Shown: piece after piece, positions 1 to 12,926 of the stretch
Position numbering within the stretch: the first letter of the stretch is position 1
Layout: each line of letters opens with the position of its first letter
Assembly (NCBI GenBank): GCA_964016885.1
Contig: OZ024740.1
Location: 285,944,001-286,008,000 of the forward strand
Length of the DNA stretch: 64,000 nt
DNA from: Eledone cirrhosa
Taxonomy: Eukaryota
Direction of reading: 5' to 3'
Notes under the pieces: model-generated
Database searches by the model: none
Told to the model about the DNA's origin: nothing
Seen by the model: the letters and a program-made list of their open reading frames with translations, nothing else
Program-made: the position numbers and the translations under genes

Positions 1-63
1 CATGTTTTTCTATTCTTTAAGTATGTGTATGTATTGTAACATTTCATTGTACATGTTGTCTAA

Positions 64-142
64 TGTGTGTGTATGTATATATATATATATATTATATGTA
101 CATTATACATACATATATATATATATATATTATATGTACATT

Positions 143-174
<32 letters not shown>

Positions 175-295
175 GTACATATATATGTATATATATATGT
201 ACATATATATGTATATGTACATATATATGTATATATATACATGTATATATATATATATATGTGTATGTGTATTTATATCTATATATATATATGTA
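64..295. repeat. (TA)n/(TATG)n/(TACA)n compound microsatellite
   Basis: Directly visible degenerate TA run; explains the Y/I-rich ORFs at 2-388. Confidence 0.95.
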
Positions 296-435
296 TTGCG
301 ACAATACTATGTGTGTATGCTGTATAAATATGTAATAAATTGCTTTTATATTTGCACACATAATATGCTACAAAATATCTCTGTTTGAAAAGTGTTGTTA
401 TAAATCATAATTATGATTTACGGTTTTTATACATT

Positions 436-632
436 GTCAGAATTGTTAGAGCATCAGACAAAATGGTTTGCAATATTTGTTCTGCCCTTTACGTTCTGAG
501 TTCAAATCTTGCCAACATCAATTTTGCCATTGATCTTCAATAAAATAATAAGTACTAGTCAAATATTAGGATTAATTTAATCAACTAATGCCTCCTCTCA
601 GGTTTCTGGTCATATGTTAATATAAGAAATGG
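436..632 (+). mobile_element. tRNA-derived SINE, family b (core TTCTGAGTTCAAAT...CTTTCATCC...GATAAAATAAAGTACCAG), decayed
   Basis: B-box-like GTTCAAATC and the same body as many other copies in the window. Confidence 0.7.
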
Positions 633-804
633 TTAACCTTTTGATATCAATTTGCTTTGAACCACACCTGGTTCAATGTTACAAAACTGTTGATTTTAAA
701 GTGTTTATATTTATATAAAAACCTTCAATCATAATTTTATGTAAAAAAGTTAATTTTCAAACACCGGCTTAATAATTGTTTCAGATTTAGGCACAGGGCT
801 AACA

Positions 805-920
805 GTTTAGCTCAAGGCTATAGTAGCAGACACTTGCCTAACGTGCCACTGAGTGGGAATGATCCAAAAAGCATGCGTTTATGAAGCAAACTCCTTACTT
901 AACCATACAACCATGCCTAT
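805..920 (-). mobile_element. tRNA-derived SINE, family d (…CCCACTG…GGCAAGTGTCTTCTACTATAGC…)
   Basis: Matches copies at ~2880-3015 (-), ~27555-27690 (+), ~42530-42755 (-) and ~50545-50705 (+). Confidence 0.7.
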
Positions 921-1519
921 TATGCTAGACAAAATACTTTGAACATACGTTATAAAAAATGTCATATTTTGTAACATATGGATTAAAATACCAATAAATG
1001 GACTCTCTTTCTCTCTAACCCCCCCCCCCTCTCAGTAGCTGTGATATTTTATATTTTTCAGATGTAAATTCTAAATTTCATTTCCTATTGACATGACAGC
1101 TGAGAGGGGAGAAAGAGGTGAGGGGGTGGTAGGAAGAAATGTTGAACATTCAACACATTTTTCTAGGTCAATAAAGTTATTTGAAAGTAATTTCATGCAG
1201 GCACACTATAACATGCCTGCACTATTTATATGTCAGTGTTGTTTTCTGGAATATGGAATAAAATCATGGTATCTATTATTTTTGCAGTTTGAGTAATTGA
1301 CTCTTGTTGCCATGTATAGATTAAAATAAATAAAATGCAAAATAAACCATGTGTTTGTTTGAGCAAAGTATAGTCCCCAGACCCATCTAGAATGACAGTA
1401 ACTCTGAATAAAGGTTTGATCTGTAGTGACCCATCAAGGCAGTGCAAATCATGTACAGATATGCAGTTAGCACTGTGAGAGCTAGCAATTTAGTTCAGCA
1501 AGAAATTTAGCATGCACGA

Positions 1520-1890
1520 AAGCCTCCCTTGTGCTGGTACGATGATAAAATGCACCGAGTGTACACTGTAAAGTGGTTGGTGTTAAGGATGGTATCCAGT
1601 TGTAGAAACCATATCATACAAAGGGTTGAGAGGATGTTTCAGTTGTCAAGGACATGGCAATTGCTTTAGTGCTGGTGCCACAATAAAATGCATTTGGTAC
1701 AGTCTGTAATGTGGATGGTGATAGGAATGCATCCAGTTGTAAAAACCATGCCAAAACCAGAATATATGTAAGCAAGATTTGGCTCCTAGACTGTCTTGGA
1801 GGGAAATAGCTCTGATAAAGTACTGATTTGGTTTGTGATGACTCATCCAAGCTGTGCTAGCATGAAACAAAATGGATGTTAATGATGACT
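1520..1890 (+). mobile_element. SINE/LINE-tail repeat, family c (…GTTGGTGTTAGGAAGGGCATCCAGCTGTAGAAACC…CCATGCCAGCATGGAAAA…(GAT)n)
   Basis: Internally duplicated body with a (GAT)-like tail; further copies at ~4650-4790, 38970-39105, 40480-40725, 43440-43605, 58940-59150 and 59310-59730. Confidence 0.75.
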
Positions 1891-1899
1891 ATGATGTAA

Positions 1900-2450
1900 G
1901 CATACACCACAGCTCAGCCTCCTCCAGTTTATGATAGTTCTCCTGACCATAACAGAAGGGCTCAAGACCGGCTGTCCATGCAAACTCCTGTATGTGGATG
2001 ACCTCGTTCTTTGAGCTGAATCTGTAGATGATTTAAAGAAGAGATTCAAGATTTGGTGGCAAAACCTAGATTTGAGAGACCTCAAAGTAAAGTTAAAGAA
2101 AGTAGAGAGGACTCCATTGCAATCAAAGAAATTGTTGTGCTTGATATGCAGAAAAGTAGACAGAAATTTCATTTGATGCAAAATATAGATGCACAAGAAG
2201 TGTTGTGGAATCTTCAAGGAGGCTGATAGATAGGTAGATTTTGTATCTGGCAAATGCATAGGAGCACTCAGCAATAAAAGTACATGTGAAATAAATACTT
2301 TCAAATTTCCACAGAAGGTTCCTTAGAAGTAATTGATAGCATGTGCTACCTTGGTGTCCTAATTAACAGTAGAGGTAGGTGTTCCAAAGGCATAGTAACC
2401 AAAGAAAGAACAGGATGGAAAGAAATTCAGGGAGCTATTACCTCAGCTGA
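1900..2450 (+). mobile_element. Decayed RTE-type LINE reverse transcriptase fragment
   Basis: Translates to CPCKLLYVDDLVL*AES (a YADD-like RT motif); later LEVIDSMCYLG and KERTGWK; interrupted by stops and frameshifts. Confidence 0.75.
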
Positions 2451-2603
2451 TAAAAGGTTACAGCGAAATAACATTCTTTCTCAATGATGCTATTACTTTG
2501 TTGTCAGGTCTTATTCTCAACAACAGACTATTCATCACCTTATTTCAGTATCTTTCGAGTTGTATGGTGAAGGTACTTATTGAATTCTTGTTATTTGGTA
2601 GTT

Positions 2604-2830
2604 TAAATCCTTTGATACCAACCCACCGGAAGTGTCCCTTGGTTCAGTGATAGGAAACTATTTGTTTTAAAGTATTTATATTTATCTTAAAACATTACAT
2701 TTTTGTTTTGTTTTTTCATGTAAGAACCCCTTATGTTCCCAATATCAGCTTAATAATGAGAAAGTTAGTTAAAATACTAAATACTTTGTCACTTTTTGTC
2801 AAACTACTTAGTTATGGAATAATGGAATAT
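2604..2830 (+). mobile_element. piggyBac-type MITE family B, decayed
   Basis: TTAAATCCTTTGATACCAACCCACC start shared with the complete copies at 12699-12926 and 51157-51376. Confidence 0.65.
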
Positions 2831-3169
2831 TAGCAAAAACAACAAACACACGCACACACACGTGTGTGTGTGTGATGAGTTTCTGGAGTTTCTACCAAAT
2901 TTTATTCACAATCAACTTAATCCTGTAGTAGAAGATAATTGTACAGGTTGTCATGCAGTGAGACTGAATCCAAAACCATGTGGTTGCGAAACTAATTCCT
3001 TAACAATGCAACCATGATTATTGTTATTTTAATTTTAGATGTAGTTTCTGATTTTTGTTAGCTTAACATGAAACCATGTAAATAGAACCATGAAACAAAA
3101 AAGAAAGGAGCTGATTGTCAGAAACAATGTTTTCATTGTTCTTTCTGTTGCTTATACTATTATACACAG

Positions 3170-3421
3170 AGGAGACTGAGGTTGGCTGGACATGCTCACC
3201 GACATCCAGAGTTGACATTGCACTCGGTGCTCCTGTGGGAGCCCCTGCATGGACACACTGGAAGAGGAAGACCAAGGTTAACGTATGTTGATGCCCTAAG
3301 GACGGACACTGGTCTGTTGGAGACGCGGGACATGGCAGCGATAATGAGGGACAGAGACCGCTGGAGAGAACTCGTCCATGGATCTCGGGAATTTTACCCG
3401 CCTTAGATAGATAGATAGATA
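3170..3421 (+). mobile_element. 5'-truncated RTE-clade LINE 3' end with (ATAG)n tail
   Basis: Open frame RLRLAGHAHRHPE...VLLWEPLHG...RGRPRLTYVDAL...DRDRWRE is typical of the RTE ORF C-terminus. It is GC-rich relative to its flanks and ends in a TAGA repeat. Confidence 0.85.
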
Positions 3422-4880
3422 CTATTTGCCAGTTGCAACTGCTGGCAGAAGGAGGCAGGATTTGGACTTAGAATGAACAGAGACAGATTAGATACCACAA
3501 ACCGTCCCACTCCAACTCTTAACAACTCCACCAATCTTCTGTTCCTGGGCAAATACTTTATTTATCAACCTTGAAAGGATGAAAGGCAAAGTTGACCTCA
3601 GCAGGATTTGAATTCAGAGCACACAGAGCTGGAAGAAATATGGATCCATTTAATTTGAACAGCCCTGCCAATTCACCACATGAAACCAGCAGTTATTGTA
3701 TGATGAATGTGTTGTTTCAAAACTAGGAACTCTTCATTAGCAATTTAGTGTTTCTGCTGAATAAACTATCTATGGAGGCAGAAAGTGAAAACCGACTCTT
3801 ATAGTTATTAACATGAGATGTCTAAATGAAAATGTTAGCAATTTAAGACAAGAGAAATAAATTACTTCTTCAGATAATTGATTAATAATTGTTTGTAATC
3901 ATTCAATCTCAAAAGTAATATGAATTTTGTTGCAAGAAAATTTCTTTATTAAAATATCGGTTTCTTCCAGTTCGAATGTCGATGTTCATATAACTGTTAA
4001 CTTTCTCTTCCATAAACTATCTTTAGTAATAATGTAATAATGATAGGTATTTTCAGAGATAAAATATTCTATTTCGACCCCCAACACCTCCTTTAAATTA
4101 AATGAAATTAAATTCATTTACATACGAAAAAGTTAATAGAAATTGAGAATTTTCTAGGCTGTTTTCAGAAATCATTTTATGCATGGTTAGTTATTTATCT
4201 AAAATGGAAATTTCTGTTAAATTGAAATTGTTTGCAATACATATATATAAATAAATGAATAAGAAACTAGTTTTCAGAATATATTTATACAGTTTCTTGT
4301 TTAATGTTGCTTTCAGGCAGTATTTTGATAATCTTTAGGTGAGATAGTGTTTTAGTAATATGATAGTAAACTAGATTATTTTATTTGTGCCATTTTTGTG
4401 ATTCACAGTTTTCAATTCTGAACGTCACTTCTGTTTCGATTAATTTTAAGATTACTAGCATGAATAAAATTACTAATAGTATCTACAATATACGTTTTAA
4501 CACTTTTGATACTAATCCACCCGAGATCGCCTCTGTTCTTGTGATACAAAACCTCCAATTTTAAAGTGGTCATATTAATGAAAATGTCTGTTGTTTCACT
4601 AAATGCTTCCAAACTCTTTATTTTAAAAATGAATTGAAATACATGGTTTCTATGGTTGGTGTTAAGAAGCACATTCAACTGTAGAAACCATGCCAAATAT
4701 GGAACATTTGAGCAATGATGAGGTCTTGTCTCAGACCAAGACAACCTGCTCCACCTTTGCCAGCATGGAATATGAACATATGATGATGCATGATAATGAC
4801 ATGGAAAGTGTATTTTATTATAAAGACAGTAAAGTAGAGGTTAAATGGTAAAAAACTAGAACATAACTGGCATTTTGACT

Positions 4881-5096
4881 TTAACTCTTTAGCATTTAAA
4901 CCAGCTGTATCTGGCCAGAATTCTTTCACCTCTTTCTGTTCAAACCGGACATAACCGGCCCCTCATAATGACATTAAGGTATTGTTCTCAAAATAAATAA
5001 TATCAAAATCTCATAGATTCTATATTATGTGAAGTAAAGCCTTTACCGTGAAAATACAGTAGTAACTATATAGTAATGTAAATGCTAACAGGTTAA
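4881..5096 (+). mobile_element. piggyBac-type MITE family A
   Basis: TTAA-CTCTTTAGCATTTA...TAAATGCTAACAGG-TTAA; TIRs with flanking TTAA. Confidence 0.85.
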
Positions 5097-5329
5097 AGGT
5101 CTCTTTAAATCTTTCAGTTATCTGTATTTTTAAACCTGCTGATCAGAATGAGTGATTGAACCCATAATAGACTTATACTTATAAGGAATCCATTTTGAGG
5201 CAATGTTTTATAACCAGATACCTTCCTAGCAACAAACCTTTAAATCACCTATTATGACATGTAGGGATACAATGTATCTCTTTTAAACTGGATATACAGA
5301 TAAACAAATAATGAGCACATTTGATAGTG

Positions 5330-5470
5330 TGATCCTTGGTACATTGTGTCTGAAAAACAAAAACAAAATAGAAACACAAATAAAACAAAATAAAAGATGT
5401 GGTGACCATAAATGAAATGTCTTAGGATCATCTGCCTGATCAGGGCTAACTTGGATCTAAACAACAGCAA
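5330..5470 (+). mobile_element. SINE-like family e, 3' part (…GATCAGGGCTGACCTGGGGCTAAACAACAAC)
   Basis: Shared with ~12420-12600, 16110-16300, 17220-17460 (-), 18860-19040 (-) and 28900-29060. Confidence 0.6.
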
Positions 5471-6632
5471 CAGTGAATAATAAACACATCAACTCTATTT
5501 CTGGACAACTTTCAAGGCCATCCATCAGGTTACTGTAAAACAGCACAGGTGTTGGTATCAGGTCAGACCAGTGTGACAGTTAGTAGTGGTGGTGGTGGTG
5601 GTGGTGGCAGCTGGCAGGTTTTGTATAGCTAGTTATATTTGTTAAGTATTCGAAAATGATAGGCAGTGTCTTACATTGGAAATATGGTAATGAAAGGGTT
5701 ATTCCTGTTTTGGGTCTTTTACTGTTCCAGTCTTTGATGTTCATTTTTTTCCATTCAGGAGACATATACCCTGTTATTAGACTATTTTCCATAGTAAAAT
5801 AAATACGGCGAAAACTTTTAATACAATTTTAAAACAAAGGCTGTGTTTTGATTAAATTGGCTTCTGAACCTGTGCGTCAGAATCTAAACTAAAATGTACT
5901 AGTATGTCTTTGGCACACAAGAAGTGGACAATAAAAGGTGTCCCACAACATTTTTAGTACTCAAAGAGTTAACAGTAGCACATTAGTAGAGAGGAGAAGT
6001 TGCAATAAACTCTCAGATGGTTTTGTACTTAAAGCAGTGATATTCCAAAAACATAGTACTAAAATGAGCATGAAGGAAATGAAGAAAAAGCCTGGTGCAA
6101 AGTGATCATAGTGTTCCACTGAATTCTACACATTAGAAATGTGAAGTGACTTTCGGTAGCTGTCAAATATTAAGCACTCTTAATCTACATTGTATGTACT
6201 TCGTGGCTCTACCAGCTATGAAAAACTTGTGAATACATTATGGCTAGTCACTTAATTGAAAAGCAGTCATGTTCACATGTGTATGCCGAATATACAGCAA
6301 GGAACAGCTTTACCTTCCCTACCCTTCCCCTCATCTTTTCTCAGCATTACCAGCATGCTGTTTTCTCAGTAGTACTGACATAGTTTCTCAGTTGTAGCTG
6401 TTGCATTTTCAGTTTCGGTTTTAAGCTGAACTCATGCATTGCTTGCTGCATCCATTAGGCCACTGTTTAGAGTTAACAGAGTAAAATCTTCAAACAGAAT
6501 TACTGCATGAAGATTTTTTTAATAAAATTGAGATTTTCATTTAACAACTACTCAATGGTAAACAAATCTGCAAATTAATTCTGCCAATGGATAACTCTAA
6601 CAGTTCAAAGAGTTAGATAAATGAAACTCCTA

Positions 6633-6692
6633 CAGGGCAAGAAACTCCTACAAACCAAAATATATTTTGGTTTGTAGGAGTTTCTTGTCCTG
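6633..6692. repeat. 60-bp loopless near-perfect palindrome
   Basis: CAGGGCAAGAAACTCCTACAAACCAAAATA|TATTTTGGTTTGTAGGAGTTTCTTGTCCTG; one mismatch between arms. Confidence 0.95.
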
Positions 6693-6749
6693 AAAATTGA
6701 TGTTTACTTTCGCCTGCATCCCATACACCAAAGATATGAATACAATCAT

Positions 6750-6965
6750 GATTTCTAACCATGGTACAAGGCCAGTAATTTGATGTGGGGAGGAATAATT
6801 AATTAAATTAACCCCCACTATTTGACTGGTACTTTATTTTATCGACCCTGATAGGGTGAAAGGCAAAGTTGATCCCAGTGGGATTTGAACTCAATATAAT
6901 GAGATAGAACAAATACTGCAAAGCCTTTTGTCTGATGCTCTAATGATTCTGCCAACCCACCAGCC
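6750..6965 (-). mobile_element. tRNA-derived SINE family b, near full length
   Basis: CTGGTACTTTATTTTATCGACCC…GAAAGGCAAAGTTGA…GATTTGAACTC…GATTCTGCCAAC. Confidence 0.85.
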
Positions 6966-8627
6966 TAATAATAACAACAATATGTATATTATACACATGC
7001 CACATGTAAGTACAGCTGTATTTAAATAGATATGCATAGTTTAGTTTATTTTAATATCTAGTTAACATCAATAGTGATACTTTTCTTTAAAAAAAAAAAA
7101 AAAATGTTTTCTTCCAAATAATTAGGATGCATACTTTATCCTCCAAAATACATTAGCTATAATTGTGAACTAAATTTATCGATAAGAATTAGAGAATAGA
7201 CATCGTTTTATATTTTCTCTCACAGGAATTGTTTTCTGACAAATATGTTCACTTTAGTTAAACTTATCAAATTGTGGTTACAGCAAGTATATATAGTAGG
7301 GTACTGCAGTTAGTATTTTGTAATCTTGATGAAATTTAAGAACAACCATTTATTCAAATGCCTCTTTTTTCTGGGAAGATTTTTAACAAAAATGTCAGCA
7401 GTGCTGTCTTAATTATTTAAGACAATGAAAACATAATCACATTTCAAACTAGTGTTTGAACTTGGTTAGATTTTCTGTCATTGCTAATTAGTAAGGTGGA
7501 GTCGAAGTGCCCAGAAATTAGCCTACTTTGTTATTAACTACGATTTTGGTTTCTCAAACATAAGGTTAGCCCCAGCATAAGGTCACTCAAAGGTTATATC
7601 TTCATCTTGTCTTCCATGTGATTGTTCATTGTGAAATGGGTTTGGCATTTTCCTATCTACTCCTCCATCCTGCTTTTAATATCAAAAACAGTAAATGTTT
7701 TCAAAATATTTAACTGATTGTGTGGGATATTCAAAGATTTTGCTAATGCACCAGTAGTAAACGGTCATATGTTGTTTTGTTATGAAAAGTGAACTGTAGC
7801 AGACGGAGCTTGTTAAGGTCATCGCTTTATGTTAGTCTTGAAGTTTTTGTTTCCTATTTATGCAAGGATTTATTTTTAAGTTCTTCATACTTTTGTGATG
7901 GTGGCAGGGAATATTTTAATAAAGAAAGTAAGGAAAGGATCCAATTGTCAGATTGTACCAAGGAAACTATGTTTCCATCAGTCTTTCTATTGTTGATACT
8001 ATCTGTCTGTCACAACTCCTGGCAGAAGAAAGGTGTGTTGATCATCAGATTGAACCAAAGAAACTGTTTCCATTGCTGATATTATCTGCTGATCACAACT
8101 CCTAGAAGAAACAACTGTTTTTTCTGTAACAGGCAGCAAGATTTGAACTCAGAAAGTACAATTTCTCCAATCCAATGCCCATGGATTGGTATTTCATCTA
8201 TTGACCCTGAAATAAAGTTGACCTCAGAAGGTTTTGAACTCGAAGTGCAGAGAGTCAGTCCAAGAGCATTTAATCAAATGCTCTAATGACTCTGCTTTAG
8301 TGTTTTGATGAACATGTCTTCATATATTACTCATTTAAACATGTCTTCATATATTACTCATTTAAACATTTCAGTTGTTTAATGTGAACATGTTACTAGG
8401 GAGTCCTATGGATTAAAGTTATTTAAAAAGAAGAAAAAATAGAGAAATCTTTCACAAGAGCTTTCTTCCAATATTTCCCTACGTTTCCATGTATAGAAGG
8501 AATGAGTATTGACTAGTGATTCTCAAACTTATTTTGTTGTGGAATATATATATGATTCTTTTTCTAATTATAGACTCTATACTTTTATTTAATGAACAAT
8601 ACCTATCACTGTAATTTTAATAAGTTA

Positions 8628-8904
8628 TTAACCCATTTCATATCAAACAGTCTTAAACTACCTCTGGTTTTCTGATACAAAACTGTTTTTTTTTTTGTTT
8701 TGTTTTTTCAAATTATTAATATTTATCTAAAAATGTTTCAGCATAATTCTATTTTCAGACTTTTGTAATGTTCCAAACACAAGCTTAAGTTCGAATGGAA
8801 AAGTTATGTTACTAAACCCCTTCAAATTCTTGATTATTTAAAAAAAATCTCTGACAATTATAGACTGTCCTTTTTCATTAGAAATGTGTTAACAAAAGTG
8901 TTAA
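8628..8904 (+). mobile_element. piggyBac-type MITE family B, decayed
   Basis: TTAACCCATTT…AAAAGTGTTAA ends; internal sequence shared with the family. Confidence 0.65.
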
Positions 8905-9251
8905 ATGAAACAAAATCTATTTTAGAGAGAATATATATATATCAAGTTTAATATAGAAATAGCTTCTATAGGACTAAAACTGTTTCATTTGAAGGAAATG
9001 ATCAGGAAATCCAACTGTCATTGTAATACAGTGGTATTTATATGTTTTCTGGTAGTTGGGGAAGGTGGTGGTTTTGAGGATGGTAGAGGTTATTGGCCAA
9101 AGGATTTTAAAAAACAGCGATTCTTTGAAACAAACTATTTTTAGAAATATATATATTAACACAATGACAGATAAAAGACAAGGTTCACATTCACACTCAA
9201 GGACCTATATATATACATACACAAACACACACATTTAAAAAAAATTACATT

Positions 9252-9470
9252 TTAACTCTTTAGAATTTAAACCGGCCAGAATTCTCTTACCTCTTCCTGT
9301 TCAAACCGGCTGTAACTGGTCACTCATACTTATGTTAAGGTATTGTTCTCAGAATAAATAACATCAAAATCCCATTGATTTGATATTATGTGAGATAATT
9401 ATGTAAGATAAAGCCTTTACCACAAAAATACAATAGTATATATAGAGTAATGTAAATGCTAAAAGGTTAA
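9252..9470 (+). mobile_element. piggyBac-type MITE family A
   Basis: TTAA-CTCTTTAGAATTTA…TAAATGCTAAAAGG-TTAA. Confidence 0.85.
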
Positions 9471-10542
9471 GACATATCTTATCTTGTGGAACCCTAGTAT
9501 TTTTTACAGAATCCACTCTAGGAAACACAGACTTTGATTTCTATAAAGTATTAATAAAACTATCATGGTAGTAGTGTTTATTTGCAATGCATGCACACAA
9601 GATGTGTGGACATAGCTATATTAAAAAAAATATCCCAAACATTCATTTTTCATTTTATTTATTTATCAAAGAATACAAAATATATTTTACATAGTTTAAA
9701 TTTCCAAAGCAACTATTTATTACATGTGTTACATGAGGGTAAAGTAATCATGGCCTAGAAATAGTTTACCTCAAGATACATTCTTTTAGAAATTTTAATC
9801 TTTCACATCCCACTGAACTCTACACAATTTCAAATAATTATGTATGATAATGCCTCTTTTCATCAGTAGAATTCTTTTGACTGCCCTCACTACTTTATCC
9901 AAAATAATAAACAACTTTTAAAAATGCCCTTTAGCGTCATTTGGCGCCAGAAGTAATGACTAAGAAGATCCACACTAGTTAACAGATAAAGGAATATTTG
10001 TTTCACTTCTTAATGAAAGCTGTTATTGTCCAATAGACAAGAGTATCTTCACAGACTCTGCTAGAGATGTCTTGTATTGACAATCATCTTATATCTTAGT
10101 ATCTAACCATGATCTCTGTATCACTCTTTTTCTTTTTCTTCTTATTATTTTATTTTTGTCCAGTGGAGGCCTATACCAAGAAAGTATAAACTTACCTAAT
10201 TACACTCAATTTCCCCCTTTTCTTAGAAATTAATATATCTTTTCAATGTTCTAAATAAATTATTATATACCACTGAAGGTTATGACATTAAGAGCAGATC
10301 ATATTGAATCTAACCTTTCCTTATACATATTTGCATACTTATATTCTTATAACAGCAAATAGACAGTCATTAGAGCATTGGTTTGAATTTTTTGCAGCTA
10401 TTGCATTTGTTTCAGCTCTCTACACTCTGAGTTCAAATACTGCTAAGGTCAGCTTTACTTCATCTTTTTGGAGTTGATAAATGAAATATCAGTTTAGTCC
10501 TAGAGTTGATTCTTCTACATGTTTTTTTCTTCTCTTTCTGTC

Positions 10543-10546
<4 letters not shown>

Positions 10547-10596
<50 letters not shown>
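10547..10596. repeat. (CT)n microsatellite
   Basis: Directly visible. Confidence 0.95.
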
Positions 10597-10601
<5 letters not shown>

Positions 10602-11087
10602 GAAATTGGCTGTGGTCAAACTTGGAGAGAGAAATAATTTTTTTTTTCCTGTTTTACTTCAGAAAGGATTCTATGAAGGGTATGAAGCCTACCATGCCCC
10701 CCCCCCCACGCCACCACCACTAAGGCTTGTTACTGCTGCTGTTGCTACAACTTCTATTACCATCACCCTCATCACTACTTACTACTGTTACATGATCTGT
10801 CAAGTTTACCTGCTTTGGAATGTAAGCTTAAGTTATGCCCATCCCTTGTGATGCAAACAAAAATGAATCTCATTCCTCTGGGGTTATCTCTTCTATTGTA
10901 TATAACATTTGTGTGTGTGCACGTATGTATGTGCACATATGTACAGGTATATATATAGTATATTGGTGTGTAACATTTGCTTACTATTAGTTCACCATTT
11001 TCTGCACTCAGTACCAATATGGGTCCAGTTGCCACTGGCAACATTTGGTGGTACAACATAGTCAGTATTCTTAAGCAGCAGAGTGTT

Positions 11088-11501
11088 AATAATAATAATA
11101 ATTGTTTCTACATTTGGCACAAGGCCAGCAATTACCCAGTGTATTACTGGTACTTTATTTTATCGACCCCGTAAGGATGAAAGGCAAAGTCAACCTCGGC
11201 GGGATTTGAACTCAGATCGTTAAGGGACGTAACTACGCTGGAAAGCGTGGCGTCCGACCCGAATAATAATAATAATAATAATAATGGTTTCTTATATTGG
11301 CACAAGACCAGTAATTTGGGGGGAGGGGAAAGTCGATTAAATCGACCCCAGTGCATGACTGGTACTTTATTTTATCGGCCCCGTAAGGATGAAAGGCAAA
11401 GTTAACCACGGCGGCATTTTAACTCAGATCATAAAGGGCCGTAACTCTATGCTGCAAAGCATGGCGTCCGACCCTCTACCGATACTGCCAATCTACCGCC
11501 C
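11088..11501 (-). mobile_element. Two tandem young SINE family b copies with (TTA)n tails
   Basis: Two near-identical cores (~11145-11260 and ~11378-11500) that retain CpGs; each abuts an (AAT)n run on the + strand. Confidence 0.9.
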
Positions 11502-12698
11502 ACATTATAATAATGTGGATGCAAAGCGAACTCTTTAATGATACTTGTATTCATTGCATCAAAATTTGCTGTTTTGCTGCCTCTTTACATGTGGTACATC
11601 AAAAAACTTTTCTTACTCTGTTTAGTAAAAAGAAATGTCAAACCCAGTTTGTGATAGTGGTTTCTTGCTTAGAGAAGCATCTATGTTAAAAAAATATTCT
11701 TCAAAATACAAGGTTCAGCTGCAAAGTTCATAGGCTGACTATGAAGGAGTGATGCTAGAGTTGTGAAAACTTGCCTGCATTAAGTTCAACTCTTCCCATT
11801 AATAACGCGTTGTTTCTTTCCAGGGACAACGTTGAAAACTAAACCTTATTTGGTCATTCTATGAGAGTATCTTGGTCAGCCTATGTATTTTTCAGATGAC
11901 CCTTGTATTGAAATCCAAATTTACTCAGCCATAGTAAAATGAAAGGAAAGCAGCCAATCATTAGACCAGACCAAGGAACTTATGTTTCCATTGGTGTTTT
12001 GTTTGTTGATACTATCTGTCCTGGCAGAAGTAGGTGGAGTTTCTCAACTCAGAATGAACACAGCTAAATCAGATACAGCAAACAATTAGGCCAACCCATT
12101 TCCCCTGCTCTGCCTTTCATTTATTGATCTTGAAAGAATGAAAGACAGAGTTGACCTTGATGAGATTTGAACTTAGAGTGCAGAGGACTATTACAAATAC
12201 AGAAGCATTTAATCCAATATTTTAACTACTCTGCCAATTTTTGTCTTATAAGTGAAAAGAAACTATTTTTCATTCTTTCTGAAACAAGTTTTGTGGGAAT
12301 GTAATAAGTTTATCTATATATTTAAGTTGTTGAATTCCTGTATTTAATTAGCACATGGGAATGATTTGGTTGACATATGCAACTATTCTTAGTATCATTG
12401 TCAACTGAGCTATAGAGCCAATATGGGAGCCTCTATGCGGTCATTTTATCTATTAGAAATAACAGCCATATTCTTTCATCAATGTCTTAAAAAGGGAAGG
12501 AAATAGCCTATGTTGTCCTTCCTAGATATACAAAAACACCACCTTGTCATGGTGGCAATGCCTTTGATTTTATGTCTGTTGAAGCAGGGCTATCACCCTT
12601 AGTATATTTTTTGATAGCAAGCCAATTTATTTTGCTTGTAATGATGTACTCATTTTAGTTTGAAAAATCGTGTTCTGATCAGTATTTCTTTTGAGTAA

Positions 12699-12926
12699 TT
12701 AACCCTTTCATTACCATATTTCTAATGAAGTACACGTCATTTTAATTAATTGAAGAATTCTGAAGGATCTACTGAACTTATTGTTTCATTACTAAAATAG
12801 AAACTTAACATATGGTTCTTAAATAAAATTATGTGAAAAGATTTTAATTTAAATAGTGATTAAAATTGGAGGTTTTGCTTCATAGACCAGAGCCGGTTTT
12901 GGATGGGTTGGTATCAAAAGTGTTAA
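12699..12926 (-). mobile_element. piggyBac-type MITE family B, complete
   Basis: TTAA-CCCTTTCATTACC…GGTATCAAAAGTG-TTAA. Confidence 0.8.

Noticed and set aside
2-388. Y/I/M-rich ORFs on both strands
   Set aside because: Artefacts of the TA microsatellite.
1062-1117. TTTTTCAG…GAG|GTGAGG exon-like segment
   Set aside because: Stops in all three frames; no other support.
3182-3406. 74 aa ORF as a host gene
   Set aside because: It is the C-terminus of an RTE retrotransposon ORF.
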